Position numbers and translations under genes: made by a program | Notes under the pieces: generated by a model | What the model saw: the letters and a program-made list of their open reading frames with translations, nothing else | Database searches by the model: none | What the model was told of the DNA's origin: nothing | In this document: positions 1 through 15,300 of the stretch, in pieces | Layout of the letters: the number at the start of each line of letters is the position of its first letter | Numbering within the stretch: the first letter of the stretch is position 1 | Source of the DNA: the human T2T-CHM13v2.0 reference genome, Homo sapiens | NCBI RefSeq assembly: GCF_009914755.1 | Contig: NC_060933.1 | Direction: 5' to 3' (one strand) | DNA length: 64,000 nucleotides

Positions 1-1120
1 GAATGGAATGGAACGAATTGGAATGGAGTGGAATTGAATGGAATGGAATGGAATGGAATGGAATCAACGCTAGTGCAGGGGAATGTAATAGAATGGAATG
101 CAATGGAATGGAATCATCCGGAATAGAATGCAATGGAATGGAGTGGAATGGAATCAACCCGAGTGCAATGGAATGGAGTGGAATGGAATGGAATGGAATG
201 GAACAACCCGAATGGAATGGAATGTAATGGAGAGTAAGGGAGTTGAATAGAATCAATCCGAATGGAATGGAATGTAATTGAGAGTAAGGGAGTTGAATAG
301 AATCAATCCGAATGTAATGGAATGGAATGGAACGGAATGGAATTGAATGGAATGGAATGGAATGCAATGGAAAGGAATCAACCCGATTACAATGGAATGA
401 AATGGAATGGAATGGAATGGAATTGAATGGAATGGAATGGCTTCAAACCGAATGGAATGGAAAGGAATGGAATCAACTCGAGTGGAATGGAATGGAATGG
501 AATGGAATGGAATGGAATGGAATGGTACGGAATAGAATGGAATGGAACGAAATGGAATGGAATGGAATGGAATGGAATGGAATGGAATGGAATGGAATGG
601 AATGGAATGGAATGGAATCAACTCGATTGCAATCGAATGGAATGGAATGGAATTAACCCGAATAGAATGGAATGGAATGGAATGGAACGGAATGGAATGG
701 AATGGAATGGAATGGAATGGAATGGAATGGAACGGAAAGGAATGGAATGGAATGGAGTGGAATGGAATGGAATGGAATGGAATCAACGCGAGTGCAGGGG
801 AATGGATTGGAATGGAATGCAATGGAATGGAATCTTCCGGAATGGAATGGAATAGAATGGAATAGAATGGAATCAACCCGAGTGCAATGGAATGGAGTGG
901 AATGGAATGGAATGGAATGGAACAACCCGAATGGAATGGAATGGAATGGAGAGTAAGGGAGTTGAATAGAATCAATGCGAATGTAATGGAATGGTATGGA
1001 ACGGAATGGAATTGAATGGAATGGAATGGAATGGAATGGATTCAACAAGAATGGAATGGAAAGGAATGGAATCAACCCGAGTGTAATGGCATGGAATGGA
1101 ATGGAATGGAATGGGATGGA

Positions 1121-1940
1121 ATGGAATGGTACGGAATAGAATGGAATGGAATGAAATGGAATGGAATGGAATGGAATGCAATGGAATGGAATGGATTGGA
1201 ATGGAATGAACCCGTGTGCAATGTAATGTAATGGAATGGAATGGAATGGATTCAACTCGAAAGGAATCAACTCGATTGCAATGGAATGGAATGGAGTGGA
1301 AAGGAATAGAATGGAATCAACCCGAGTGGAATGGAATGGAAAGGACTGGAACGGAGTGGAGTGGAATGGAATGGAATGGAATCAAATCGATTGGAATGGA
1401 ATGGAATGGAATGGAATGGAATGGAATGGAATGGAATCAACTCGATTGCAATGGAATGGAATGGAATGGAAAGGAATAGAATGGAATCAACCCGAGATGA
1501 ATGGAATGGAAAGGACTGGAATGGAGTGGAATGGAATGGTACGGAATAGAATGGAATGGAATGAAATGGAATGGAATGGAATGGAATGGAATGGAATGGA
1601 ATGGATTGGAATGGAATGAACCCGTGTGCAATGTAATGTAATGGAATGGAATGGAATGGATTCAACTCGAAAGGAATCAACTCGATTGCAATGGAATGGA
1701 ATGGAATGGAAAGGAATAGAATGGAATCAACCCGAGTGGAATGGAATGGAAAGGACTGGAATGGAGTGGAGTGGAATGGAATGGAATGGAATCAAATCGA
1801 TTGGAATGGAATGGAATGGAATGGAATGGAATGGAATGGAATGGAATCAACTCGATTGCAATGGAATGGAATGGAATGGAAAGGAATAGAATGGAATCAA
1901 CCCGAGATGAATGGAATGGAAAGGACTGGAATGGAGTGGA
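1121..1940 (+). repeat. Local 410-bp tandem duplication (1121-1530 / 1531-1940)
   Basis: GGTACGGAATAG, GAACCCGTGTGCAATGTAATGTAA, CAAATCGATTGG and the rare CCCGAGATGAAT recur at +410. ORF-track pairs 1216/1626, 1236/1646 and 1331/1741 share that offset. Confidence 0.9.
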
Positions 1941-3369
1941 ATGGAATGGAATGGAATGGAATCAAATCGATTGGAATGCAATGGAATGGAATGGAATGGA
2001 ATGGAATGGAATCAACTCGATTGCAATGGAATGGAATGGAATGGAATTAACCCGAATAGAATGGAATGGAATGGAATGGAACGGAATGTAATGGAATGAA
2101 ATGGAATGGAATCAACCCGAGTGCAGGGGAATGGAATGGAATGGAAAGCAATGGAATGCAATCATCCGGAATGGAATGGAATGGAATGGAATGGAATGGA
2201 ATGGAATGGAATCAACTCGATTGCAATGGAATGGAATGGAATGGAAAGAAATGGAAGGGAATGGAATGGAATGTAATCAACCCGAGTGCAGGGGAATGGA
2301 ATGGAATGGAATGCAATGGAATGGAATCATCCGGAATCGAATGGAATGGAATGGAATGCAATCAACCCGATGCAATGGAATGGAGTGGAATGGAATGGAA
2401 TGGAATGGAAACATCCCGAATGGAATGGAATGTAATGGAGTGTAAGGGAACTGAATAGAATCAATCCGAAAGTAATGGATTGGAATGGAATGAAATGGAA
2501 TGGAAGGGAATGGAATGGAATCAACCCGAGTGCAATGGAAAGGATTCGAATGGAATGGAATGGAATGGAATGGATTCAACAAGAATGGAATGGAAAGGAA
2601 TGGAATCAACCCGAGTGTAATGTCATGGAATGGAATGGAATGGAATGGAATGGGATGGAATGGAATGGTACGGAATAGAATGGAATGGAATGAAATGGAA
2701 TGGAATGGAATGGAATGGAATGGAATGGAATGGAATGGAATGAACCCGTGTGCAATGTAATGTAATGGAATGGAATGGAATGGATTCAACTCGAATGGAA
2801 TGAACTCGATTGCAATGGAATGGAATGGAATGGAAAGGAATAGAATGGAATCAACCCTAGTGGAATGGAATGCAATGGACTGGAATGGAGTGGAATGGAA
2901 TGGAATGGAATTAACCCGAATAGAATGGAATGGAACGGAATGTAATGGAATGGAATGGAATGGATTCAACCCGAGTGCAGGGGAATGGAATGGAATGGAA
3001 TGCAATGGAATGGAATCATCCGGAATGGAATGGAATGGAATGGAATGGAATGGAATGGAATCAACTCGATTTCAATGGAATGGAATGGAATAGAATGGAA
3101 TGGAATTAACACGAATACAATGGAATGGAATGGAATGGAATGGAATGGAATGGAACGGAAAGGAATGGAATGGAATGGAATGGAATTAACCCAAGTGGAG
3201 GGGAATGGAATGGAATGGAATTCAATGGAATGGAATCATCCGGAATGGAATGGAATGAAATGGAATGGAATGGAATGGAATGCAATGGAATGGAATCAAC
3301 CCGAGTGCAATGGAATGGAGAGGAATGGAATGGAATGGAATGGAAACTACCCGAATGGAATGGAATGTA

Positions 3370-6300
3370 ATGGAGTGTAAGGGAATTGAATAGAATCAAT
3401 CCGAATGTAATGGATTGGAATGGAACGGAATGGAATGGAATGGAATGGAATGGAATGGAATGCAATGGAATGGAATCAACACGAGTGCAATCGAATGGAA
3501 TCGAATGGAATGGAATGCAATGGAATGGATTCAACTTGAATGGAAAGGAAAGAATGGAATCAACACGAGTGGAGTGGCATGGAATGGAATGGAATGGAAT
3601 GGAATCAACCCGAGTACAGGGGAATGGAATGGGACGGAATGCAATGGAATGGAATCATCCGTAATGTAATGGAAAGGAATGGAATGGAATGGAATGGAAT
3701 GGAATGGAATGGAATGGAATCATCTCGATTGCAATCGAATGGAATGGAATGGAATTAACCCGAATAGAACGGAATAGAATGGAATGGAACGGAACGGAAC
3801 GGAACGGAATGGAATGGAATGGAATGGAATGGAATGGAGCGGAACGGAATGGAATGGAATGGAAAGGAATGGAATTGAAAGGAATAAACGCGAATGCAGG
3901 GGAATGGAATGGAATGGAATGCAATGGAATGGAATCTTCCGGAATGGAATGGAATGGAATGGAATGGAATGGAATGCAATGGATTCAACTCGATTGCAAT
4001 GGAATGGAATAGAATGGAATGGAATGGAATGGAATGGAATTAACCCGAATAGAATGGAATGGAATGGAATGGAACGGAACGGAACGGAATGGAATGGAAT
4101 GGAATGGAATGGAATTGTATGGAATGGAATGGAATGATACGGAATAGAATGGAAAGGAAATAATTGGCATGGAATGGAATTGAATGGAATGGAATGGAAT
4201 GGAATGGAATCAACCCGAGTGCAGGGGAATGTAAAGGAACGGAATGCAATGGAATGGAATCATCCGGAATGGAATGGAATGGAATGGAATGGAATGGAAT
4301 GGAATGGATTGGAATGGAATCAACCCGAGTGCAATGGAATGGAGTGGAATGGAATGGAATGGAATGGAACAACCCGAATGGAATGGAATGTTATGGAGAG
4401 TAAGGGAGTTGAATAGAATCAATCCGAATGTAACGGAATGGAACGGAATGGAATGGAATGGAATGGAATGGAATGGAATCAATTCGAGTACAATGGAATG
4501 GAATGGAATGGAATGGAATGGAATGGAATGGAATGGAATAGAATGGAATGGAATGGAATCAACCCGAGTGCAATGGAATGGAGAGGAATGGAATGGAATG
4601 GAATGGAAACTACCCGAATGGAATGGAATGTAATGGAGTGTAAGGGAATTGAATAGAATCAATCCGAATGGAATGGAATGTAATGGATTGTAAGGGAATT
4701 GAATAGAATCAATCCGAATGGAATGGAATGGAATGGAACGGAATGTAATGTAATGGAATGGAATCGAATCAACCCGAGTGCAGGGGAATGGAATGGAATG
4801 GAATGCAATGGAATGGAATCATCCGGAATGGAATGGAATGGAATGCAATGGAATGGAATGGAATGCAATCAACCCGAGTGCAATGGAATGGAGTGAAATG
4901 GAATGGAATGGAAGGGAAACAACCAGAATGGATTGGAATATAATGGAGTGTAAGGGAATTGAATAGAATCAATCTGAATGTAATGAAATGGAATGGAACG
5001 CAATGGAATGGAATGGAATGGAATGGAATGGAATGGAATGGAATGCAATGGAATGGAATCAACCCGAGTGCAATCGAATGGAATCGAATGGAATGGAGTG
5101 CAATGGAATGGATTCAACTTGAATGGAATGGAAAGAATGGAATCAACACGAGTGGAATGGCATGGATTGGAATGGAATGGAATGGAATCAACCCGAGTAC
5201 AGGGGAATGGAATGGAATGGAATGCAATGGAATGGAATCATCCGTAATGGAATGGAAAGGAATGGAATGGAATGGAATGGAATGGAATGGAATCAACTCG
5301 ATTGCAATCGAATGGAATGGAATGGAATTAACCCGAATAGAATGGAATGGAATGGAATAGAATGGAACGGAACGGAACGGAATGGAATGGAATGGAATGG
5401 AACGGAACGGAATGGAATGGAATGGAATGGAATGGAATGGAATGGAATGGAACGGAAAGGAATGGAATGGAATGGAATGGAATGGAAAGGAATGGTATGG
5501 AATGGAATGGAATGGTACGGAATAGAATGGAATGGAAGGAATTGGAATGGAATGGAATCGAATGGAATGGAATGGAATGGAATGGAATCAGCGCGAGTGC
5601 AGGGGAATGTAATAGAACGGAATGCAATGGAATGGAATCATCCGGAATAGAATCGAATGGAATGGAATGGAATGGAATGGAATCAACCCGAGTGCAATGG
5701 AATGGAGTGGAATGGAATGGAATGGAATGGAACAACCCGAATGGAATGGAATGTAATGGAGAGTAAGGGAGTTGAATAGAATCAATCCGAATGTATTGGA
5801 ATGGAATGGAACGGAATGGAATTGAATAGAATGGAATGGAATGCAATGGAATGGAATCATCCGTAATGGAATGGAAAGGAATGGAATGGAATGGAATGGA
5901 ATGGAATGGAATGGAATGGAATCAACTCGATTGCAATCGAATGGAATGGAATGGATTTAACCCGAATAGAATGGAATGGAATGGAATGGAACGGAACGGA
6001 ATGGAATGGAATGGAATGGAATGGAATGGAACGGAAAGGAATGGAATGGAATGGAGTGGAATGGAATGGAATGGAATGGAATCAACGCGAGTGCAGGGGA
6101 ATGGATTGGAATGGAATGCAATGGAATGGAATCTTCTGGAATGGAATGGAATAGAATGGAATAGAATGGAATCAACCCGAGTGGAATGGAATGGAGTGGA
6201 ATGGAATGGAATGGAATGGAACAACCCGAATGGAATGGAATGGAATGGAGAGTAAGGGAGTTGAATAGAATCAATCCGAATGTAATGGAATGGTATGGAA

Positions 6301-9300
6301 CGGAATGGAATTGAATGGAATGGAATGGAATGGAATGGAATGGAATGCAATGGAATGGAATCAAACCGAGTGCAATCGAATGGAATCGAATGGAATGGAA
6401 TGCAATAGAATGGATTCAACTTGAATGGAATGGAAAGAATGGACTCAACACAAGTGGAATGGCATGGATTGGAATGGAATGGAAGGGAATCAACCCGAGT
6501 ACAGGGGAATGGAATGGAATGGAATGCAATGGAATGGAATCATCCGTAATGGAATGGAAAGGAATGGAATGGAATGGAATGGAATGGAATGGAATGCAAT
6601 GGAATCAACTCGATTGCAATCGAATGGAATGGAATGGAATTAACCCTAATAGAATGGAATGGAATGGAATGGAACGTAACGGCATGGAATGGAATGGAAT
6701 GGAATGGAATGGAATGGAATGGAATGGAACGGAACAGAATGGAATGGAAAGGAATGGAATGGAATGGAATGGAATGGAATGGAATCAACCCGAGTGCAGG
6801 GGAATGGAATGGAATGGAATGCAATGGAATGGAATCATCCGGAATGGAATGGAATGGAATGGAATGCAAAACAATTCAATCAACTCGATTGCAATGGAAT
6901 GGAATGGAATGTATATGAATAGAATGGAATCAACCCGAGTGGAATGGAATGGAAAGGACTGGAATGGAGTGGAATGGAATGGAACGGAATGGAATGGAAT
7001 CAACTCGATTGGAATGGAGTGCAATGGAATTTGAATGGAATGGAATGGAATGGAATGGAATGGAATTTACCCGAATAGAATGGAATGGAATGGAATGGAA
7101 TGGAACGGAACGGAATGGAATGGAATGGAATGGAATGGAATGGAATGGAATCAACCCGATTGCACGGGAATGGAATGGAATGGAATGCAATGGAATGGAA
7201 TCATCCGGAACGGAATGGAATGGAATGGAATGGAATCAAGTCGATTGCAATGGAATGGAATGGAATGGAATGGAATGGATGGAATGGAGTGGAATGGAAT
7301 GGAATTAACACGAATAGAATGGAATGGAATGGAATGGAAAGGAATGGAAGGGAATGGAATTGAATGTAATCAACCCGAGTGCAGGGGAATGGAATGGAAT
7401 TCAATGCAATGGAATGGAATCATCCGGAATGGAATGGAGTGGAATGGAATTTAATGGAATGGAATCAACTCGATTTCAATGGAATGGAATGGAATAGAAT
7501 GGAATGGAATTAACACGAATAGAATGGAATGGAATGGAATGGAATGGAACGGAAAGGAATGGAATGGAATGGAATGGAATCAACCCAAGTGCAGGGGAAT
7601 GGAATGGAATGGAATTCAATGGAATGGAATCATCCGGAATGGAATGGAATGGAATGGAATGGAACGGAACGGAACGGAACGGAATGGAATGGAATGGAAT
7701 GGAATGGAATGGAATGGAATGGAATGGTATGGAATGGAATGGAATGAACCCGTGTGCAATGTAATGGAATGGAATGGAATGGATTCAACTCGAATGGAAT
7801 CAACTCGATTGCAATGGAATGGAATGCAATGGAAAGGAATAGAATGGAATCAACCCGAGTGGAATGGAATGGAAAGGACTGGAATGGAGTGGAATGGAAT
7901 GGAATGGAATTAACCCGAATAGAATGGAATGGAATGGAATGGAACGGAATGTAATGGAATGGAATGGAATGGATTCAACCCGAGTGCAGGGGAATGGAAT
8001 GGAATGGAATGCAATGGAATGGAATCATCCGGAATGGAATGGAATGGAATGGAATGTAATGGAATGTAATGGAATGGAATGGGATGGAATGGAATGGAAT
8101 GGAATGGAATGGGATGGAATGGAATGGTACGGAATAGAATGGAATGGAATGAAATGGAATGGAATGGAATGGAATGGAATGGAATCGAATGGAATGGAAT
8201 CAACGCGAGTGCAGGGGAATGGAATGGAATGGAATGCAATGGAATGGAATCTTCCGGAATGGAATTGAATGGAATGAAATGGAATTAACCCGAATAGAAT
8301 GGAATGGAATGGAATGGAACGGAATGTAATGGAATGAAATGGAATGGAATCAATCCGAGTGCAGGGGAATGGAATGGAATGGAATGCAATGGAATGCAAT
8401 CATCCGGAATGGAATGGAATGGAATGGAATGGAATGGAATCAAATCGATTGCAATGGAGTGGAATGGAATGGAAACGAATGGAAGGGAATGGAATGGAAT
8501 GTAATCAACCCGAGTGCAGGGGAATGGAATGGAATGGAATGCAATGGAATGGAATCATCCGGAATGGATTGGAATGGAATGGAATGCAATCAACCCGATG
8601 GAATGGAATGGAGTGGAATGGAATGGAATGGAATGAAATGGAAACATCCCGAATGCAATGGAATGTAATGGAGTGTAAGGGAATTGAATAGAATCAATCC
8701 GAATGTAATGGAATGGAATGGAATGAAATGGAATGGAATGGAATGGAATGGAATAAACACGAGTGCAATGGAATGGATTCGAATGGAATGGAATGGAATG
8801 GAATGGATTCAACAAGAATGGAATTGAAAGGAATGGAATCAACCCGAGTGTAATGGCATGGAATGGAATGCAATGGAATGGAATGGGATGGAATAGAATG
8901 GTACGGAATAGAATGGTATGGAAGGAAATGGAATGGAATGGAATTTAATGGAATGGAATGGAATGAACCCGTGTGCAATGTAATGGAATGGAATGGAATG
9001 GATTCAACTCGAATGGAATCAACTCGATTGCAATGGAATGGAATGGAATGGAAAGGAATAGAATGGAATCAACCCGAGTGGAATGGAATGCAAAGGACTG
9101 GAATGGAGTGGAATGGAATGGAATGGAATTAACCCGAATAGAATGGAATGGAATGGAATGGAATGGAATGTAATGGAATGGAATGGAATGGATTCAACCC
9201 GAGTGCAGGGGAATGGAATGGAATGGAATTCAATGGAATGGAATCATCCGGAATGGAATCATCCGGAATTGAATGGAATGGAATGGAATGGAATCAACTC

Positions 9301-12300
9301 GATTTCAATGGAATGGAATGGAATAGAATGCAATGGAATTAACACGAATAGAATGGAATGGAATGGAATGGAATGGAATTAACCCGAATAGAATGGAATG
9401 GAATGGAATGGAACGGAATGGAATGGAATGGAATGGAATGGAATGGAATGGAATGGAATGGTATGGAATGGAATGGAATGGAATCAACTCGATTGTAATG
9501 GAATGGAATGGAATGGAATGGAATGGAATGGAATGGAATGGAATGGAATGGAATTAACCCGAATACAATGGAATGGAATGGAATGGAACGGAATGGAGTG
9601 GAATGGAATGTAATCAACCCGAGTGCAGGGGAATGGAATGGAATGGAATGCAATGGAATGGAATCATCCGGAATGGAATGGAATACAAAACAATGGAATC
9701 AACTCGATTGCAATGGAATGGAATGGAATGGAAATGAATAGAATGGAATCAACCCGAGTGGAATGAAATGGAAAGGACTGGAATGGAGTGGAATGGAATG
9801 GAACGGAATGGAATGGAATCAACTCGATTGGAATGGAGTGGAATGGAAGTTGAATGGAATGGAATGGAATGGAATGGAATGGAATGGAATGGAATTAACC
9901 CGAATAGAAAGGAATGGAATGGAATGGAATGGAACGGAACGGAATGGAGTGGAATGGAATGGAATGGAATGGAATGGAATTAACCCGAATAGAAAGGAAT
10001 GGAATGGAATGGAATGGAACGGAACGGAATGGAGTGGAATGGAATGGAATGGAATGGAATGGAATCAACCCGACTGCACGGGAATGGAATGGAATGGAAT
10101 GAAATGGAATGGAATCATCCGGAACGTAATGGAATGGAATTGAATGGAATCAACTCGATTGCAATGGAATGGAATGGAATGGAATGGAATGGAGTGGAAT
10201 GGAATGGAATTAACCCGAATAGAATGGAATGGAATGGAATGGAAAGGAATGGAAGGGAATGGAATGGAATGTAATCAACCCGAGTGCAGGGGAATGGAAT
10301 GGAATTGAATGCAATGGAATGGAATCATCCGGAATGGAATGGAATGGAATGGAATGGAATGGAATGGAATGATCCCGATGCAATGGAATGGAATGGAATG
10401 GAATAGAATGGAATGGAAACATCCCGAATGGAATGGAATGTAATGGAGTGTAAGGCAATTGAATAGAATCAATCCGAATGTAATGGAATGGAATGGAACG
10501 GAATGGAATGGAATGGAATGGAATGGAATGCAATGGAATGGAATCAACACGAGTGCAATCGAATGGAATCAAATGGAATGGAATGCAATGGAATGGATTC
10601 AACTTGAATGGAATGGAAAGAATGGAATCAACACGAGTGAAATGGCATGGAATGGAATGGAATGGAATGGAATCAACCCGAGTACAGGGGAATGGAATGG
10701 AATGCAATGCAATGGAATGGAATCATCCGTAATGGAATGGAACGGAATGGAATGGAATGGAATGGAATGGAATGGAATGGAATGGAATCAACTCGATTGC
10801 AATCGAATGGAATGGAATGGAATTAACCCGAATAGAATGGAATGGAATGGAATGGAACGTAACGGAATGCAATGGAATGGAATGCAATGGAATGGAATGG
10901 AACGGAACGGAATGGAATGGAATGGAATGGAATGGAATCAACACGAGTAGAATGGAATGGAATGGAATGGAACGGAATGGAACGGAATGGAATGGAATGC
11001 AATGGAATGGAATGGAATGGAATGGAATGGAATGGAGCGGAACGGAATGGAATGGAATGGAAAGGAATGGAATTGAAAGGAATAAACGCGAATGCAGGGG
11101 AATGGAATGGAATGGAATGCAATGGAATGGAATCTTCCGGAATGGAATGGAATGGAATGGAATGGAATGGAATGGAATGCAGTGGATTCAACTCGATTGC
11201 AATGGAATGGAATAGAATGGAATGGAATGGAATGGAATGGAATTAAACCGAATAGAATGGAATGGAATGGAATGGAACGGAACGGAACGGAACGGAATGG
11301 AATGGAATGGAATGGAATGGAATTGTATGGAATGGAATGGAATGATACGGAATAGAATGGAAAGGAAATAATTGGCATGGAATGGAATTGAATGGAATGG
11401 AATGGAATGGAATGGAATCAACCCGAGTGCAGGGGAATGTAAAGGAACGGAATGCAATGGAATGGAATCATCCGGAATGGAATGGAATGGAATGGAATGG
11501 AATGGAATGGAATGGATTGGAATGGAATCAACCCGAGTGCAATGGAATGGAGTGGAATGGAATGGAATGGAATGCAATGGAATGGAATCAATTCGAGTAC
11601 AATGGAATGGAATGGAATGGAATGGAATGGAATGGAATGGAATAGAATGGAATGGAATGGAATCAACCCGAGTGCAATGGAATGGAGAGGAATGGAATGG
11701 AATGGAATGGAAACTACCCGAATGGAATGGAATGTAATGGAGTGTAAGGGAATTGAATAGAATCAATCCGAATGGAATGAAATGTAATGGATTGTAAGGG
11801 AATTGAATAGAATCAATCCGAATGGAATGGAATGGAATGGAACGGAATGTAATGTAATGGAATGGAATCGAATCAACCCGAGTGCAGGGGAATGGAATGG
11901 AATGGAATGCAATGGAATGGAATCATCCGGAATGGAATGGAATGGAATGCAATGGAATGGAATGGAATGCAATCAACCCGAGTGCAATGGAATGGAGTGA
12001 AATGGAATGGAATGGAAGTGAAACAACCAGAATGGATTGGAATATAATAGAGTGTAAGGGAATTGAATAGAATCAATCTGAATGTAATGAAATGGAATGG
12101 AACGCAATGGAATGGAATGGAATGGAATGGAATGGAATGGAATGCAATGGAATGGAATCAACCCGAGTGCAATCGAATGGAATCGAATGGAATGGAATGC
12201 AATGGAATGGATTCAACTTGAATGGAATGGAAAGAATGGAATCAACACGAGTGGAATGGCATGGATTGGAATGGAATGGAATGGAATCAACCCGAGTACA

Positions 12301-15300
12301 GAGGAATGGAATGGAATGGAATGCAATGGAATGGAATCATCCGTAATGGAATGGAAAGGAATGGAATGGAATGGAATGGAATGGAATGGAATCAACTCGA
12401 TTGCAATCGAATGGAATGGAATGGAATTAACCCGAATAGAATGGAATGGAATGGAATAGAATGGAACGGAACGGAACGGAATGGAATGGAATGGAATGGA
12501 ATGGAACGGAACGGAACGGAATGGAATGGAATGGAATGGAATGGAATGGAATGGAATGGAACGGAAAGGAATGGAATGGAATGGAATGGAATGGAATGGA
12601 AAGGAATGGTATGGAATGGAATGGAATGGTACGGAATAGAATGGAATGGAAGGAATTGGAATGGAATGGAATCGAATGGAATGGAATGGAATCAGCGCGA
12701 GTGCAGGGGAATGTAATAGAACGGAATGCAATGGAATGGAATCATCCGGAATAGAATGGAATGGAATGGAATGGAATGGAATCAACCCGAGTGCAATGGA
12801 ATGGAGTGGAATGGAATGGAATGGAATGGAACAACCCGAATGGAATGGAATGTAATGGAGAGTAAGGGAGTTGAATAGAATCAATCCGAATGTAATGGAA
12901 TGGAATGGAACGGAATGGAATTGAAGAGAATGGAATGGAATGCAATGGAATGGAATCATCCGTAATGGAATGGAAAGGAATGGAATGGAATGGAATGGAA
13001 TGGAATGGAATGGAATGGAATCAACTCGATTGCAATCGAATGGAATGGAATGGAATTAACCCGAATAGAATGGAATGGAATGGAATGGAACGGAACGGAA
13101 TGGAATGGAATGGAATGGAATGGAATGGAATGGAACGGAAAGGAATGGAATGGAATGGAGTGGAATGGAATGGAATGGAATGGAATCAACGCGAGTGCAG
13201 GGGAATGGATTGGAATGGAATGCAATGGAATGGAATCTTCCGTAATGGAATGGAATAGAATGGAATAGAATGGAATCAACCCGAGTGGAATGGAATGGAG
13301 TGGAATGGAATGGAATGGAATGGAACAACCCGAATGGAATGGAATGGAATGGAGAGTAAGGGAGTTGAATAGAATCAATCCGAATGTAATGGAATGGTAT
13401 GGAACGGAATGGAATTGAATGGAATGGAATGGAATGGAATGGAATGGAATGCAATGGAATGGAATCAAACCGAGTGCAATCGAATGGAATCGAATGGAAT
13501 GGAATGCAATGGAATGGATTCAACTTGAATGGAATGGAAAGAATGGACTCAACACAAGTGGAATGGCATGGATTGGAATGGAATGGAATGGAATCAACCC
13601 GAGTACAGGGGAATGGAATGGAATGGAATGCAATGGAATGGAATCATCCGTAATGGAATGGAAAGGAATGGAATGGAATGGAATGGAATGGAATGGAATG
13701 CAATGGAATCAACTCGATTGCAATCGAATGGAATGGAATGGAATTAACCCGAATAGAATGGAATGGAATGGAATGGAACGTAACGGCATGGAATGGAATG
13801 GAATGGAATGGAATGGAATGGAATGGAATGGAACGGAACAGAATGGAATGGAAAGGAATGGAATGGAATGGAATGGAATGGAATCAACGCGAGTGCAGGG
13901 GAATGGAATGCAATGGAATGCAATGGAATGGAATCTTCCGGAATGGAATGGAATGGAATGGAATGAAATGCAATGGATTCAACTCGATTACAATGGAATG
14001 GAATAGAATGGAATGGAATGGAATGGAATGAACCCGAATAGAATGGAATGGAATGGAATGGAACGGAATGGAACAGAACGGAACGGAACGGAATGGAATG
14101 GAATGGAATGGAATGGAATGGAATGGAATGGAATGGAATCAACTCGATTGTAATGGAATGGAATGGAATGGAGTGGAATGCAATGGAATGGAATGGAATT
14201 AACCCGAATACAATGGAATGGAATGGAATGGAATGGAATGGAGTGGAATGGAATGGAATCAACCCGAGTGCAGGGGAACGGAATGGAATGGAATCCAATG
14301 GAATGGAATCATCCGGAATGGAATGGAATGGAATGGAATGCAAAACAATTCAATCAACTCGATTGCAATGGAATGGAATGGAATGTATATGAATAGAATG
14401 GAATCAACCCGAGTGGAATGGAATGGAAAGGACTGGAATGGAGTGGAATGGAATGGAACGGAATGGAATGGAATCAACTCGATTGTAATGGAATGGAATG
14501 GAATAGAGTGGAATGGAATGGAATGGAATGGAATTAACCCGAATACAATGGAATGGAATGGAATGGAATGGAATGGAGTCGAATGGAATGGAATCAACCC
14601 GAGTGCAGGGGAACGGAATGGAATGGAATGCAATGGAATGGAATCATCCGGAATGGAATGGAATGGAATGGAATGCAAAACAATTCAATCAACTCGATTG
14701 CAATGGAATGGAATGGAATGTATATGAATAGAATGGAATCAACCCGAGTGGAATGGAATGGAAAGGACTGGAATGGAGTGGAATGGAATGGAACGGAATG
14801 GAATGGAATCAACTCGATTGGAATGGAGTGCAATGGAATTTGAATGGAATGGAATGGAATGGAATGGAATGGAATGGAATTTACCCGAATAGAATGGAAT
14901 GGAATGGAATGGAATGGAATGGAATGGAACGGAATGGAATGGAATGGAATGGAATGGAATGGAATGGAATCAACCCGATTGCACGGGAATTGAATGGAAT
15001 GGAATGCAATGGAATGGAATCATCCGGAACGGAATGGAATGGAATGGAATGGAATCAACTCGATTGCAATGGAATGGAATGGAATGGAATGGAATGGAAT
15101 GGAATGGAATGGAATGGAGTGGAATGGAATGGAATTAACACGAATAGAATGGAATGGAATGGAATGGAAAGGAATGGAAGGGAATGGAATTGAATGTAAT
15201 CAACCCGAGTGCAGGGGAATGGAATGGAATTCAATGCAATGGAATGGAATCATCCGGAATGGAATGGAATGGAATGGAATTTAATGGAATGGAATCAACT

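Noticed and set aside
232-260. GAGTAAGGG as a 5' splice donor, and GAATAGAATCA as a DUX4-like site
   Set aside because: The matches are short and imperfect, with no polypyrimidine tract or acceptor on this strand and mismatches to the DUX4 TAAYYYAATCA consensus. Not supportable from sequence alone.
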